Below are positions 9,168-19,365 of a DNA stretch of 64,000 nucleotides, one piece after another. This DNA comes from a virus (taxonomy: Duplodnaviria; Caudoviricetes). Below the pieces are notes generated by a model. That model was not told where the DNA came from. It made no database searches and saw only the letters and a program-made list of their open reading frames with translations. Within the stretch, counting starts at the first letter, position 1; every line of letters starts with the position of its first letter. The position numbers were made by a program, and so were the translations under genes. Location: IMG/VR virus record IMGVR_UViG_3300030330_004160, positions 121,387-185,386 of that record. One strand, 5' to 3'.

Positions 9168-11657
9168 ATGTCGCAAGGTGACGGAACGCAAACTCCCACT
9201 ATTGAAGTATCAGAAGCACAAGTCGAATCGATTCAGGAAATGAATCGTAACCTGAACATCGGCATTGAGCGAATGATCGAACAAAAGAAGATCGAACAAG
9301 AACGCTTGAAGATCTCTGGGGATTTATTAGAACAAAGAAAGGTTGAACTTGATATTGCCGATGGCATTGTAAAAAAGCTACAAGCCGGATTGGAAGAAAT
9401 TAAGAAAACCGCTCCACTAAATAAAGATTCCATCAAACAAATGAAAGATGGTGTAGAAGCATTGGCTCAATATGCACCAAAATACGCAGCAGCGGTCACC
9501 GCACAGGCCGACGCCATTCAAGACCATATAGAGCAGATGCTGGAATTAAAAGAGAACTCTGAGGAAAGACTTGCGGCGGAGAAAAAATTAAGAGATATGT
9601 ACAAAGAAATGGACGATCTCTTAGAAGAGTCTGGTGCCAAACTTGATGATGCGTCAAAGAACGCACGATCACTTACGAGTGAACTGTCAGGTGTTGCGAA
9701 GTTTTTAGGAATCAGCGCAAAACACTCAGAAAATGTTAGTGGTAAAATCTTCGACATGATCGTTGACCTTTCCACTGCGGATAGTGAAGAAAAGATAAAA
9801 AATATGGGAAAGGCTCTGAGGAATATGGTGAGACCTTTGAACTTGATCACCTTTGCCATTGATAAGTTTTTCAAACTTGCGATAGATATCGACGATGCAG
9901 GAAGGGCATTTCAATCAGCAACCGGTTTCACAGGAAACTTTAATGAAGTTTTAAATGAATCTTTGGCTAACACAGCCAAGATGGGAGCCACAATAGCAGA
10001 TCAATCTGCCGCTTTGAAGTCTTTAGCCGACAACTACACTGGATTTGAAAAATCGAATAATACTCTAAACGCAGCCTTGATGGAAAATGTTGTAACTATG
10101 AGCAAGTTTGGCGTTACAATGGACACAACAGCCGAAAATATAAACTTTTTTGATCAAGTGATGGGAATGGGCACTGATGCTGCGATGAAAATGTCACAGG
10201 AAGTTGTTGCTGCTGGAAATGCGATAGATGTCTCTCTTACAACAATGGCCGAGAACCTCAAGGCAAATCAAAATCTAATAGCGGAGTTTGGATCTCAAGG
10301 GGTCGCACAGTTTAAAGATTTGGCCGCTCAGTCAAAACTAACTGGTCTAGCCATGGGAGATTTAATCAGAGTCGCAGAAAACTTTGATACTTTTGCAGAC
10401 GCTGCGACTCATACAGCAAAGTTAAATGCTGTCTTGGGGACAAACCTGAGCGCTGTGGGCATGATCAATGCCTCTCATAGTGATCGAATCAACATGTTGA
10501 GAGAAGAGATAAACTTCCAAGTTGGAGCATTTGAAAATCTAGATCGATACACCAAGAAACTTATCGCCCAACAAATGGGAGTCAACAGTGTAGCCGAAGC
10601 CCAAAGACTGTTGAATATGGATACGGGCAAATATCTAGAATATCAAAACAATTTAGAAGACTTTACCGCTACACAAGAAGAACTAGCGCAAGTTGCCATG
10701 AAGTTTGTTCCTGTGTTGAAGCAGATAGAAGCAGCCTTGAATGCTGCATTTGCCGAAAATCCAGATTTGATAAAGAATGTCGCTGCTGCCGTACAAGCAT
10801 TGGTTGACGTCGTCGTGTTTTTCGTCGACACTGTAATACCAGTGCTTTTAGATTACTGGCCTCTTGTGATAGGCGGCTTCATTTTATTTAAAGGTGTTGG
10901 AACAATGGTGGCAGGAGTCTTCGCAGTAATGTCCTCAGCACTGGGGGCGTTTATTACATCGTCAGCCGCCGCTCCGGCTGCTGCTGGGACTGTGGGAGCA
11001 TCCATAGAGGGCTTGGGTGTTGCAATTGGATCCGCAGGAACTGCGGCACTCGCTGGGGCAAAAGGGCTAGCCATAGCAGCCGCTGCGTTTGGCGTGATTG
11101 GTGGAGTTGTTGCTCTTATATTGCCATCAATGGTTGAAATGTTTACATTGATTGTGGAATCACCTCTTGCGCTGTTCGAAGCCGCTGCCGCTTTTGCGGT
11201 TATGTCTGGTGCATTTGGGATAATGGGAGGAGCCGCTCTATTGGCCATTATCCCAGTTACTGGTTTCTTGGCAGTTTTAACTGGATTTCTTTTGCAAAGC
11301 AAAGTACTCAACTTCAGCAGCGTGGCGCAAGACCTTAGAATTCTTGGAACCAGTTTCAGAGATATAGGGGAAGGTGCCGAAAAATATACTCAAGCATTAG
11401 GCGCGATTATGTCACTTAAGAGTACAATTGGTGACTGGGGCGGTGATATTTTAATGGCCTCCTCCGAGGGAGACAGAACATCAATATTTGCTGGTAGTTC
11501 TGATGTGTTTAATAACCTGACTGGTGTGAACAATGTCAATGTAAAAGTTGACATGCCGCAACTTAACCTACCAGATATCAAAGTTGAGGTAAAGATCGAC
11601 GGCACCCTGCTGGATGACAGACTAGCCAGAGTGTCAGCAAACTGGACCAAGCAATGA
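9168..11657 (+). CDS. Tape measure protein
   Basis: 829 aa, Ala-rich and coiled-coil-like with hydrophobic C-terminal segments; directly follows the chaperone pair. Confidence 0.8.
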   Translation: MSQGDGTQTPTIEVSEAQVESIQEMNRNLNIGIERMIEQKKIEQERLKISGDLLEQRKVELDIADGIVKKLQAGLEEIKKTAPLNKDSIKQMKDGVEALAQYAPKYAAAVTAQADAIQDHIEQMLELKENSEERLAAEKKLRDMYKEMDDLLEESGAKLDDASKNARSLTSELSGVAKFLGISAKHSENVSGKIFDMIVDLSTADSEEKIKNMGKALRNMVRPLNLITFAIDKFFKLAIDIDDAGRAFQSATGFTGNFNEVLNESLANTAKMGATIADQSAALKSLADNYTGFEKSNNTLNAALMENVVTMSKFGVTMDTTAENINFFDQVMGMGTDAAMKMSQEVVAAGNAIDVSLTTMAENLKANQNLIAEFGSQGVAQFKDLAAQSKLTGLAMGDLIRVAENFDTFADAATHTAKLNAVLGTNLSAVGMINASHSDRINMLREEINFQVGAFENLDRYTKKLIAQQMGVNSVAEAQRLLNMDTGKYLEYQNNLEDFTATQEELAQVAMKFVPVLKQIEAALNAAFAENPDLIKNVAAAVQALVDVVVFFVDTVIPVLLDYWPLVIGGFILFKGVGTMVAGVFAVMSSALGAFITSSAAAPAAAGTVGASIEGLGVAIGSAGTAALAGAKGLAIAAAAFGVIGGVVALILPSMVEMFTLIVESPLALFEAAAAFAVMSGAFGIMGGAALLAIIPVTGFLAVLTGFLLQSKVLNFSSVAQDLRILGTSFRDIGEGAEKYTQALGAIMSLKSTIGDWGGDILMASSEGDRTSIFAGSSDVFNNLTGVNNVNVKVDMPQLNLPDIKVEVKIDGTLLDDRLARVSANWTKQ

Positions 11658-12985
11658 TCAACACATACGCAAAGGAAAAGAACGCTCAGATCTACTTCGC
11701 CTCCGACAAAATGGGCAGCGTGTCTTTCCCAGCGTTTATAAACTCTTACTCAATAGAGGCAGATTACTCAGTGTCTTTGGAAAAAAAAGCAAGTACAAGT
11801 AATATACCGTCGGTTTCACAAGGGGTGACCCTTTTTAGATACAAGGTGGCACTAGATATTCCCTGTGCATCCGTCAGCGAGGCGATGACTAACTACAAAA
11901 ACTTACAAAACTTATTAGATTACATCAAGCACCCAAACAACCCAACTAGTTGGAGAGATTACACATCTTACACCTATGTTCTGCTGTCCAATCTAATACA
12001 CAATGGCCTATATACTGGCCCGACAAGCAGAACTGCAACTTCAGCGGCTTCTATTAAAAAATATGGTGCAAAATGCATCATAAAAACAATGGAGTTCAAC
12101 CCGGATGTTGAATCGGGCTTTTTTGACTACAAAGATGGCAAAACCGGCATGTTTTACCCAAAAGCGTATACCGTGAGCCTAGACTTATTATTGATACCTA
12201 ATTTTGTAAGCAAAGAGCAGCAAAAACTATCAATCACAGCAATGAATAAACAAGAAACCAATGGCAAAGTTGCTTTTGCGGATAAAGATACAAGATATTG
12301 GCCTTTTGGAATCAAGGTATTTTCTCTAAACACCTCAAATGATATCACAAGAGGAAAAAATGGAACAGATTCATCGGAAAAATATGCTGTGGAGAAAGGT
12401 GCAATGATCGGCATAGCCCATAAGGAGTATGATTACCACACTGTTTTTGAGGCTTTCTTGAGAGACTACAATTTTAAACGAGAAGCGCAGATCAAACCAG
12501 TGATCAATGAGAATGGCCAAGTAACACAGTTCAATATCGGGTCAGGTCTAAAGGATTCTACTTATAGTTTAAATTTTGACTGTGTTGCTCACTCTGTTAA
12601 TGAGGCGCTAACAAACTTGGTTAAACTCCAGTACCTTGTGCGCTTTCCAATCAAAGACAAGGAAAAAAAACTAGGTGGCGAGGTCATCGTGTACTTCCAA
12701 AATCTAATATCTAAAAAGCACAGACCGGCATTTGGCAAACGTCTAACATTAGACAAGATACAAAAATATGGTGTAATGTGCGCTGTGACTGGGTTTACTG
12801 TCGCTGTTGATAATGACATGGGCTATTTTGATTACAAAGGTTTCTTTCTGCCGAAGGTGTTGACTGTTTCGCTTAGTTTGGTTATCACAGACCCTAAAGC
12901 AGTAAACGAGCCAATGGGCTCAAGCGGGAGTGGAAAATTCAAGAAGTGCAAAGACCCGAAAACTGGTCGTTGGAAAAAATGTTAA
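11654..12985 (+). CDS. Baseplate/tube-initiator-like protein with an internal tandem duplication
   Basis: Two homologous halves (SVSEAMTN/SVNEALTN, KYGAKC/KYGVMC, GFFDYK/GYFDYK, YPKAYTVSL/LPKVLTVSL); follows the tape measure gene. Confidence 0.5.
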   Translation: MINTYAKEKNAQIYFASDKMGSVSFPAFINSYSIEADYSVSLEKKASTSNIPSVSQGVTLFRYKVALDIPCASVSEAMTNYKNLQNLLDYIKHPNNPTSWRDYTSYTYVLLSNLIHNGLYTGPTSRTATSAASIKKYGAKCIIKTMEFNPDVESGFFDYKDGKTGMFYPKAYTVSLDLLLIPNFVSKEQQKLSITAMNKQETNGKVAFADKDTRYWPFGIKVFSLNTSNDITRGKNGTDSSEKYAVEKGAMIGIAHKEYDYHTVFEAFLRDYNFKREAQIKPVINENGQVTQFNIGSGLKDSTYSLNFDCVAHSVNEALTNLVKLQYLVRFPIKDKEKKLGGEVIVYFQNLISKKHRPAFGKRLTLDKIQKYGVMCAVTGFTVAVDNDMGYFDYKGFFLPKVLTVSLSLVITDPKAVNEPMGSSGSGKFKKCKDPKTGRWKKC

Positions 12986-13000
12986 GGAGTACAATAAAAG

Positions 13001-13327
13001 ATGCCAAAATATGTAAAAAGAACAAAAGCGTTGAATAATGACGAACTGTATGAAGAAATGTTTGAGGATAGAAACATCACAGGCGGAATCACCCAATACA
13101 AGACTAAACTAATCGGACAAGATTTTAAAAATATTAAAACAGAAACCATTAGGCATGTTTGGTCAATGGGTGATCGGTTCTTTAAGTTGTCCCACAAGCA
13201 CTATGGAACCTATGACTTTTGGTGGGTTATTGCGCTATTTAATAGCGTTCCAACTGAGGCCCATTTAAACTACGGAGATGTTATCTACATCCCGGTAAGA
13301 CCATTGCAGTTGGTAGCAGAGGTATAA
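13001..13327 (+). CDS. Baseplate wedge protein, LysM-like (T4 gp53-like)
   Basis: GDRFFKLSHKHYG..FWWVIALFN...GDVIYIP. Confidence 0.75.
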   Translation: MPKYVKRTKALNNDELYEEMFEDRNITGGITQYKTKLIGQDFKNIKTETIRHVWSMGDRFFKLSHKHYGTYDFWWVIALFNSVPTEAHLNYGDVIYIPVRPLQLVAEV

Positions 13328-13328
13328 A

Positions 13329-16300
13329 GTGGCAGACGAAAACATATTACAATTAAATAGCGTACAATACAACAAAGATATTAAACGATTTGTCGATAGA
13401 GTGAGCAGAAATAAACCTGTCTTGAGGCGACAATATAAAGATTTGTTTGAAAAATACAGCCAATATGACAAAGTAGTGTCAGTATACACTTCTCTTATCA
13501 CGGGAGAGCAGGACATCGACACAAGTACGGAAGTATCGCCTAGAGATCTGCTATCGAAAGCAGAGACAATCGCAAGTTCTATTTCTAATGATGAAAATTT
13601 AAAAAAAAGCTTTATAGAATGGTTCAAAAGAAGTAATCCTGCCCCCGGTATGACTGAGGAGCAGGCGGGAATTGTTTACACCGCATATTCTAAAGAAAAT
13701 AGTCAATATGTATCGAAATGGTATTTTGGCGGAGATGACTACGACACCGCAACAGCAGCAAGTACAGGAACGCTAATGAAGATACCAGAAGGGAGCCCTC
13801 TTTGGCTCCTTCGATGGAAGGAAGTGCCGATTGATATCATTATCGCCGGAAGTGGATTACACTATCCCCCAGATGATGCCAGCACTTTAGAGATGGTGAT
13901 ACCTTTTTGGGATGCAAAGGCACCTGGTAATGCTACGGCGAACGGAAACAGATTAATACAAGAATTCACAACAGAGCGAGGTATTCAAGATGATCTAGAT
14001 GCACTGGACAATGTCCCAGAGGATCAACTGCCATATGAAGACGCCGAAGCCAACGCAGAGTTTTTGCAACAACAAAAAGCAGCCCTATATGCTCAAGCGG
14101 CAACCGGTGCTCAAGGTTTAAATGAATATGTTGCTAACATACCTAAAGATAAAATAGAAAAGAAAGTCCAATGGTGGGCCACTCATAAGCAATGTATCTT
14201 ACTTTCTGGCTTGGAGAAACTGTCCCAAGGCGTTTCTGTCCCGGCCAGACAAGCACTTATCGACAGTGGCATCCAACCCTATCAAGGAAAATTGTTCCCA
14301 GTCAAAGCCGGCAAGGCAGAAAGGTTTATAAACGAACTAACTTTATCAGACAAGATTAACAATTACCTAGGTCCGGATTGGCCTGCTGATTGGTTTACTT
14401 TCGTATTGCCAAAGGTTAGGCTAAGTCTGATCAAGGCAGAAGGAGCCGGCCTCAGAGAGTGGGACTTTACCTCCATTAATGATGATAGCAATGTCAGCAG
14501 CCTAGGCTGCGATATAACTGCTGATAGATTGGCCCAAAATGCTGCCATCTTGGGAGAAGAGGGAGCCGGCCAGCACGTTATTTTTGAATCTTTTACATAC
14601 ACAATGAACGGTTCCGACCCTTCAACTTCCAGAAAAGATATATCTGCAACATTAAAAATTAAACTAACCAGTTTAGAATGGCTTAATACCGGCATCTTAG
14701 TTGACTCCCTCGGACCAGATGGAGAAATGAGTAAGAAAGAATTTAAAGTAGTTGATCTTTTGCTCTACCCAAGCAGTAGAAAAAATGCAAGAGGCTATGG
14801 CCAAGCGTTTAAAAATCAATATGATCCTTCATATAATAGATTGCGTGCTGTAATATTCAACGAATTGGACAAGCCAAAAGCAAAAATGGTTATGTCCGAA
14901 GAGGAACTATCAGATCACGAAAAAATGTTTAATGATACTACGATGGTTTTAGACTTGGCACTGGTGGATCATGAATTGTCAATAGATAAATCAAAAGATG
15001 AAATCTCTGTCTCTTTATCTATTGAGTATGCCGGATATTTTGAAACAACATTTTCTGCTCCGTATATGGACGGGCTTGCAAGCCCTGAGATTATCAAAGA
15101 GAGAAAGAGAAGACAAAGTAAATTAGATGAAGCCGTCGATCTTGAGTGTACAATTTCACAGTTAAACGCTATACAGAGAAACCTTCAAAGGGCTGTAAGG
15201 GCAGAAGCAATTTTGGCAAGAAGATCTATTATGGAAAGATTGATCGAAAGAAAGAAGATATATAAAATTAATTTTAATATTGCAAACATTGCATCATATC
15301 TTTTGTCCTCGGACGAAGTCCCAGATGATATTGAAAGAGTATGGCAAGAAGCCGAGGTTGAACTTAGTTCCGTGGGATCAGACACCGATATTACTTCACC
15401 CACAGACGATTCCGGAACAGACATTGAAGCATCCACCTCTCCTGCTGGTAAAGTAGAAGAAATACAGAAAGCAACTCAGAGAGGCCAAGCCGGAGAAGAC
15501 GCTATAGAGGAAATCTATTATTTCTTCTTGGGCGATCTAATAGAAATCATATCTGATGTTATGTATGCCCACACTGAAACTGTGAAGTTTGGTAAAGGAG
15601 TCCCAATGGCTGATGAAATTAGTATGTTAAATGCTAGATTTATCACATCAACATTCAACTATAGAAAGTTGGTGACCGATTATTCTCCAAGCACAAGCGC
15701 AGCAGAAGACGACGACGGAGCCTTAGGAACCGGAACAGCCGCAGAATCAGGCGAAGAAGCCGAGCCTGATGGCGATACTCCTGCCTCTCCCAAGAAGACT
15801 GGTGGAGGTAAAACTGTTGGAGAAGAATTGCATGAAATCAACATTGCTGATATTCCTATTTCGGTCGATTATTTCAAGGCATGGTTTAAACAAACTGTTA
15901 TCGACAAAGAGAGAACATATTATCCTGTCATGACCATGGTACGAGATTTAGCCGAAGTTGTTATAACAAACATGTTAAACGAGGTATGCTTTGGAGCCAG
16001 AGGGGCCGGTGCTAAACTAAAGTTTAGAGTGTCTCACCACTCATCTGCTGAAAGAGTGATTGAGCGTGCGTACACTGGTCAGAGAAAAGCCACCTTAAGT
16101 TTCAACGGACTATCTAAGCCTGTTTTGGTCAAGAATCCATTCGCACACGCCATGGACTATTGGAACTATATAGTTTTATATTGCCACGAACACAACATAT
16201 ATGACCCAGAGTTTGGACGAGATAGTTATGACGTTGGCGGCAAAATCGATTATCACTATAAAGAGTTTATCCCCCACCTTCTTGTCGGAGAGAATGTTGA

Positions 16301-16856
16301 TGGAGCAGTTATTTCTGCCAACTTCTCAAAGACAGACACTCCTTTTCTGAAGGAGGCAAGATATTTTGACAGTTCAGGAGGAAGTTTGATCCAATTGGCA
16401 AATGTTTATGATGTAGGTGGAATGAAACTGCATCATAATACTTTTTGCTACCCTGGACAAATGACATGGATTGAGTTCCAAGAACTTCTATATTGTGGGG
16501 GCGGACCAAGCACGAGAGGATCAATAGCAAACCAGTTGGGACTTGGAGGTTATCACCTTATGAAAAAAGTTACTGGGACTCTGTACCCTAACAACAAAGG
16601 TGAAACCACAGTAGATGCTACTTGGGCTTACTCTGGTGCTGACCCTGTTAGAAGAAAGACTGGAGATGCGACTTCTATCTCTGCCAATCCAAAATGCGAT
16701 GAAAACATTGAGGTAACGGATCAAGAGGCAACTGAGTTAGAACTTGAAGCCAGTAACCAACAAACACAAGATTACCCAACTGGAGTTCCGGAATCAGCCG
16801 GAGGTGGAGGCGTTCCGGATATCACTAGTGCACCAGATGTGACAGGAGGACCATAA
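13329..16856 (+). CDS. Large baseplate hub-like protein
   Basis: 1175 aa; C-terminal YPGQ...LGLGGYHLMKKV resembles hub (gp27/gpD-like) proteins; synteny. Confidence 0.45.
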   Translation: MADENILQLNSVQYNKDIKRFVDRVSRNKPVLRRQYKDLFEKYSQYDKVVSVYTSLITGEQDIDTSTEVSPRDLLSKAETIASSISNDENLKKSFIEWFKRSNPAPGMTEEQAGIVYTAYSKENSQYVSKWYFGGDDYDTATAASTGTLMKIPEGSPLWLLRWKEVPIDIIIAGSGLHYPPDDASTLEMVIPFWDAKAPGNATANGNRLIQEFTTERGIQDDLDALDNVPEDQLPYEDAEANAEFLQQQKAALYAQAATGAQGLNEYVANIPKDKIEKKVQWWATHKQCILLSGLEKLSQGVSVPARQALIDSGIQPYQGKLFPVKAGKAERFINELTLSDKINNYLGPDWPADWFTFVLPKVRLSLIKAEGAGLREWDFTSINDDSNVSSLGCDITADRLAQNAAILGEEGAGQHVIFESFTYTMNGSDPSTSRKDISATLKIKLTSLEWLNTGILVDSLGPDGEMSKKEFKVVDLLLYPSSRKNARGYGQAFKNQYDPSYNRLRAVIFNELDKPKAKMVMSEEELSDHEKMFNDTTMVLDLALVDHELSIDKSKDEISVSLSIEYAGYFETTFSAPYMDGLASPEIIKERKRRQSKLDEAVDLECTISQLNAIQRNLQRAVRAEAILARRSIMERLIERKKIYKINFNIANIASYLLSSDEVPDDIERVWQEAEVELSSVGSDTDITSPTDDSGTDIEASTSPAGKVEEIQKATQRGQAGEDAIEEIYYFFLGDLIEIISDVMYAHTETVKFGKGVPMADEISMLNARFITSTFNYRKLVTDYSPSTSAAEDDDGALGTGTAAESGEEAEPDGDTPASPKKTGGGKTVGEELHEINIADIPISVDYFKAWFKQTVIDKERTYYPVMTMVRDLAEVVITNMLNEVCFGARGAGAKLKFRVSHHSSAERVIERAYTGQRKATLSFNGLSKPVLVKNPFAHAMDYWNYIVLYCHEHNIYDPEFGRDSYDVGGKIDYHYKEFIPHLLVGENVDGAVISANFSKTDTPFLKEARYFDSSGGSLIQLANVYDVGGMKLHHNTFCYPGQMTWIEFQELLYCGGGPSTRGSIANQLGLGGYHLMKKVTGTLYPNNKGETTVDATWAYSGADPVRRKTGDATSISANPKCDENIEVTDQEATELELEASNQQTQDYPTGVPESAGGGGVPDITSAPDVTGGP

Positions 16857-18155
16857 ATGGCGAGAGACTTTAAAGGTAAAAACAATTTCAAATCGGCAAA
16901 ATCCCTATGGGTAACTCGCTTAGATTATTTGGCGAATGCATACCCAGAAGGAAACGGCAGAGGCGGAATACAAGTCAAAGATTTAGACTTCTTTGAGCAA
17001 ACCTATTATGGAATGATAGACACCAGAGATCAATCGATAATACCAAATGAAGACTTTATTGTACCAATCGATGTAACTTCTTCTAGAGCAGCGGCTTCTG
17101 CTCCTCGGGCTATGGATTTTGTTGTCAATGCCTTTAATGATTTAAAAAATCTTTTTGAAAGGGCTTGCCGTGCTCAAATATTATCTAAGAGGAATTCATT
17201 GTTTGCTCCTTTGCAAGCCACAAGGGCCTATACCCCTCCCAAAAAAGACTATGAAAAGTTCTTAAAGAGAGTCTTGACTAGATTTAATTCTGAAATCATA
17301 CCTAAAATGTATGATATTAAAAAGATAATCACATTTGATGATTATGTCAAGACATTTATAAATTATTTATCAAACAATCCAAATGATCATGTTATAACCC
17401 TGAGTAAATGGTGTCGCTCAAGCCTCTCCGGAGTACTACACTCCGGGCTTGCGATTGATATAGCGGGGCTAAGTTTTGGGGACGATCAACCAAAGATATC
17501 TTCGATCATAGACGATGAAATGTTTCCTTTTTACAAAAACGCTGTTTTGAATGGCGGCTTTGCTATGATGAGAAACAATCCAGGCATATTGATTGCTGAT
17601 TTGCAATCTCCGGCTATGACACCTTATTTGTCAAATAATCTTGGGATAACAGATCTAACTTCTTTATTTAATACAAAGTATATTAATACTGTATATATTG
17701 AAAGAAATATATTAAGTTTATTATTATATAGATATTATAATTTCTTTGTTATTACAAATCCTATGTCTAAAGAATTGACTGTATGTAATGGTATAACTAC
17801 TCAATCATACACTATGAGACCACAAATGCCACTACAACAAATGATAGAAACTTACAAGGAAGATTATTGGATGGACGTTCAGATAGAACTTAAAAACATA
17901 GAGGACAAGACTGGTTTCTCCAGAGGAAAAATAAACCATATTAAGAAAAAAGCAAAAAACCTTCTCAAAACAGTTGACAGTCAGAGAGCCTCAGGTTATA
18001 TTATTAAGGAATTCGGAAATCAGACTTGGAATAAGCCATATGGCTATGGAGATTATTTAAAAGATAAAAGGTCCCAAGGTAGAGAGGCGCCACAACCGTC
18101 ATCCCAACCAACAGGACCCGGAGGATCATCAGGAGGTGGTGGTTCTTCATACTAA
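16857..18155 (+). CDS. Hypothetical protein, probably virion-associated
   Basis: 432-aa ORF abutting the hub-like gene; G/S-rich tail. Confidence 0.5.
   Translation: MARDFKGKNNFKSAKSLWVTRLDYLANAYPEGNGRGGIQVKDLDFFEQTYYGMIDTRDQSIIPNEDFIVPIDVTSSRAAASAPRAMDFVVNAFNDLKNLFERACRAQILSKRNSLFAPLQATRAYTPPKKDYEKFLKRVLTRFNSEIIPKMYDIKKIITFDDYVKTFINYLSNNPNDHVITLSKWCRSSLSGVLHSGLAIDIAGLSFGDDQPKISSIIDDEMFPFYKNAVLNGGFAMMRNNPGILIADLQSPAMTPYLSNNLGITDLTSLFNTKYINTVYIERNILSLLLYRYYNFFVITNPMSKELTVCNGITTQSYTMRPQMPLQQMIETYKEDYWMDVQIELKNIEDKTGFSRGKINHIKKKAKNLLKTVDSQRASGYIIKEFGNQTWNKPYGYGDYLKDKRSQGREAPQPSSQPTGPGGSSGGGGSSY
17974..18002 (+). promoter_or_regulatory. Sigma70-like promoter upstream of the family-A polymerase
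   Basis: TTGACA-17-TATATT. Confidence 0.5.
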
Positions 18156-18165
18156 CGGAGGACAA

Positions 18166-19365
18166 ATGACACCATTTCAGATTATTGATGATAAGAGAGA
18201 TTGTTTTGGAGTATACACAAATGGCAACTTTATATACGATGTATCCGACCTTCCTTTCGATGGGGGAGTTACATGGAGTTGGTCTAGCCATCTCAGCGGT
18301 CGCTCTCATTATTATGGTTATATACTTAGCGGCGGAAAGACTATTTCCGAGGCATGCCCAGAACATCTTAAAGAAAGGCTCACGCTCAGACAAAGAAAAA
18401 TAAAATCTTTTATCAATTCGTTTATCCAAGCCAAGATAAAGATTGATGACGCTTGTCTTTTTGACCTGATTCCCTCTCAGCATCTCAAGCACTACCTTGA
18501 GGTCAAGAATCAGATTTGCCATGAGGTTTTCACAAATTCAAAGGCTCCAAAAAACTATTCTCTTCTGCATGACATTTATGAGATGATCAACGATATTTCG
18601 CTTCATCCTTTAAGGCTAGATTGGGAACTTTTAGAGCGGCTGGCGCTGAAAGATATGAAAGCAAAATCGTTGTTATCCCGCTTTAAAGGCAGCAGACCAA
18701 CGATCAAGTATGACCTCTATGGGACGGTCACTGGCAGACTGAGTATACAAGAAGGTAGTTTCCCAATATTGAATGTTAAGACTGAAAACAGAGGAATTCT
18801 TACCCCTTGTAATGATGCCTTCCTTGAGTTGGACTACAATGCAGAACAAATCAGAACTTTGTTGTCTCTTTCCAAAAAAGAGCAACCAAATGAGGATATA
18901 CATGAGTGGAATCGCAAAAATGTGTACCGAGGCTTTGGCACACGAGACAAAGCAAAGAAAAGATTCTTCGCTTGGCTTTATGACGACAATTCCGATGATC
19001 ATCTTACCGAGAGGTTCTACGACAGAGATAGCGTCTTAGAAAGGCACTACCATCAAGGCGTTATTAGCACCCCATTCGGCAGAGAAATAGAGTGTGACAA
19101 ATTCCACGCTCTAAACTATTTAATACAGAGCACAGCATCGGATAACTGCCTATCTCAGGTAAGCAAAATCCATCGATTTTTGAAGAATAAAAAGACGAGA
19201 ATAGCATTTGTTATCCACGACTCAGTTGTTATTGATTTAGCCAAGGATGAAACTTACTTGATACCTCAAATAAAAGAGATTTTTGAGGATACAAGTCTCG
19301 GGAAGTTTCCCGTCAACATGAAGTTGGGTAAGAACTATGGCTATTTGAAGGAGTTCTCATGGTAA
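18166..19365 (+). CDS. Minimal family-A DNA polymerase (polymerase domain, no recognisable exonuclease)
   Basis: TVTGRLS; motif A LDYNAEQIR; motif B RDKAKKRFFAWLY; NYLIQSTASD; motif C IHDS; SD GGAGG before ATG 18166. Confidence 0.8.
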   Translation: MTPFQIIDDKRDCFGVYTNGNFIYDVSDLPFDGGVTWSWSSHLSGRSHYYGYILSGGKTISEACPEHLKERLTLRQRKIKSFINSFIQAKIKIDDACLFDLIPSQHLKHYLEVKNQICHEVFTNSKAPKNYSLLHDIYEMINDISLHPLRLDWELLERLALKDMKAKSLLSRFKGSRPTIKYDLYGTVTGRLSIQEGSFPILNVKTENRGILTPCNDAFLELDYNAEQIRTLLSLSKKEQPNEDIHEWNRKNVYRGFGTRDKAKKRFFAWLYDDNSDDHLTERFYDRDSVLERHYHQGVISTPFGREIECDKFHALNYLIQSTASDNCLSQVSKIHRFLKNKKTRIAFVIHDSVVIDLAKDETYLIPQIKEIFEDTSLGKFPVNMKLGKNYGYLKEFSW

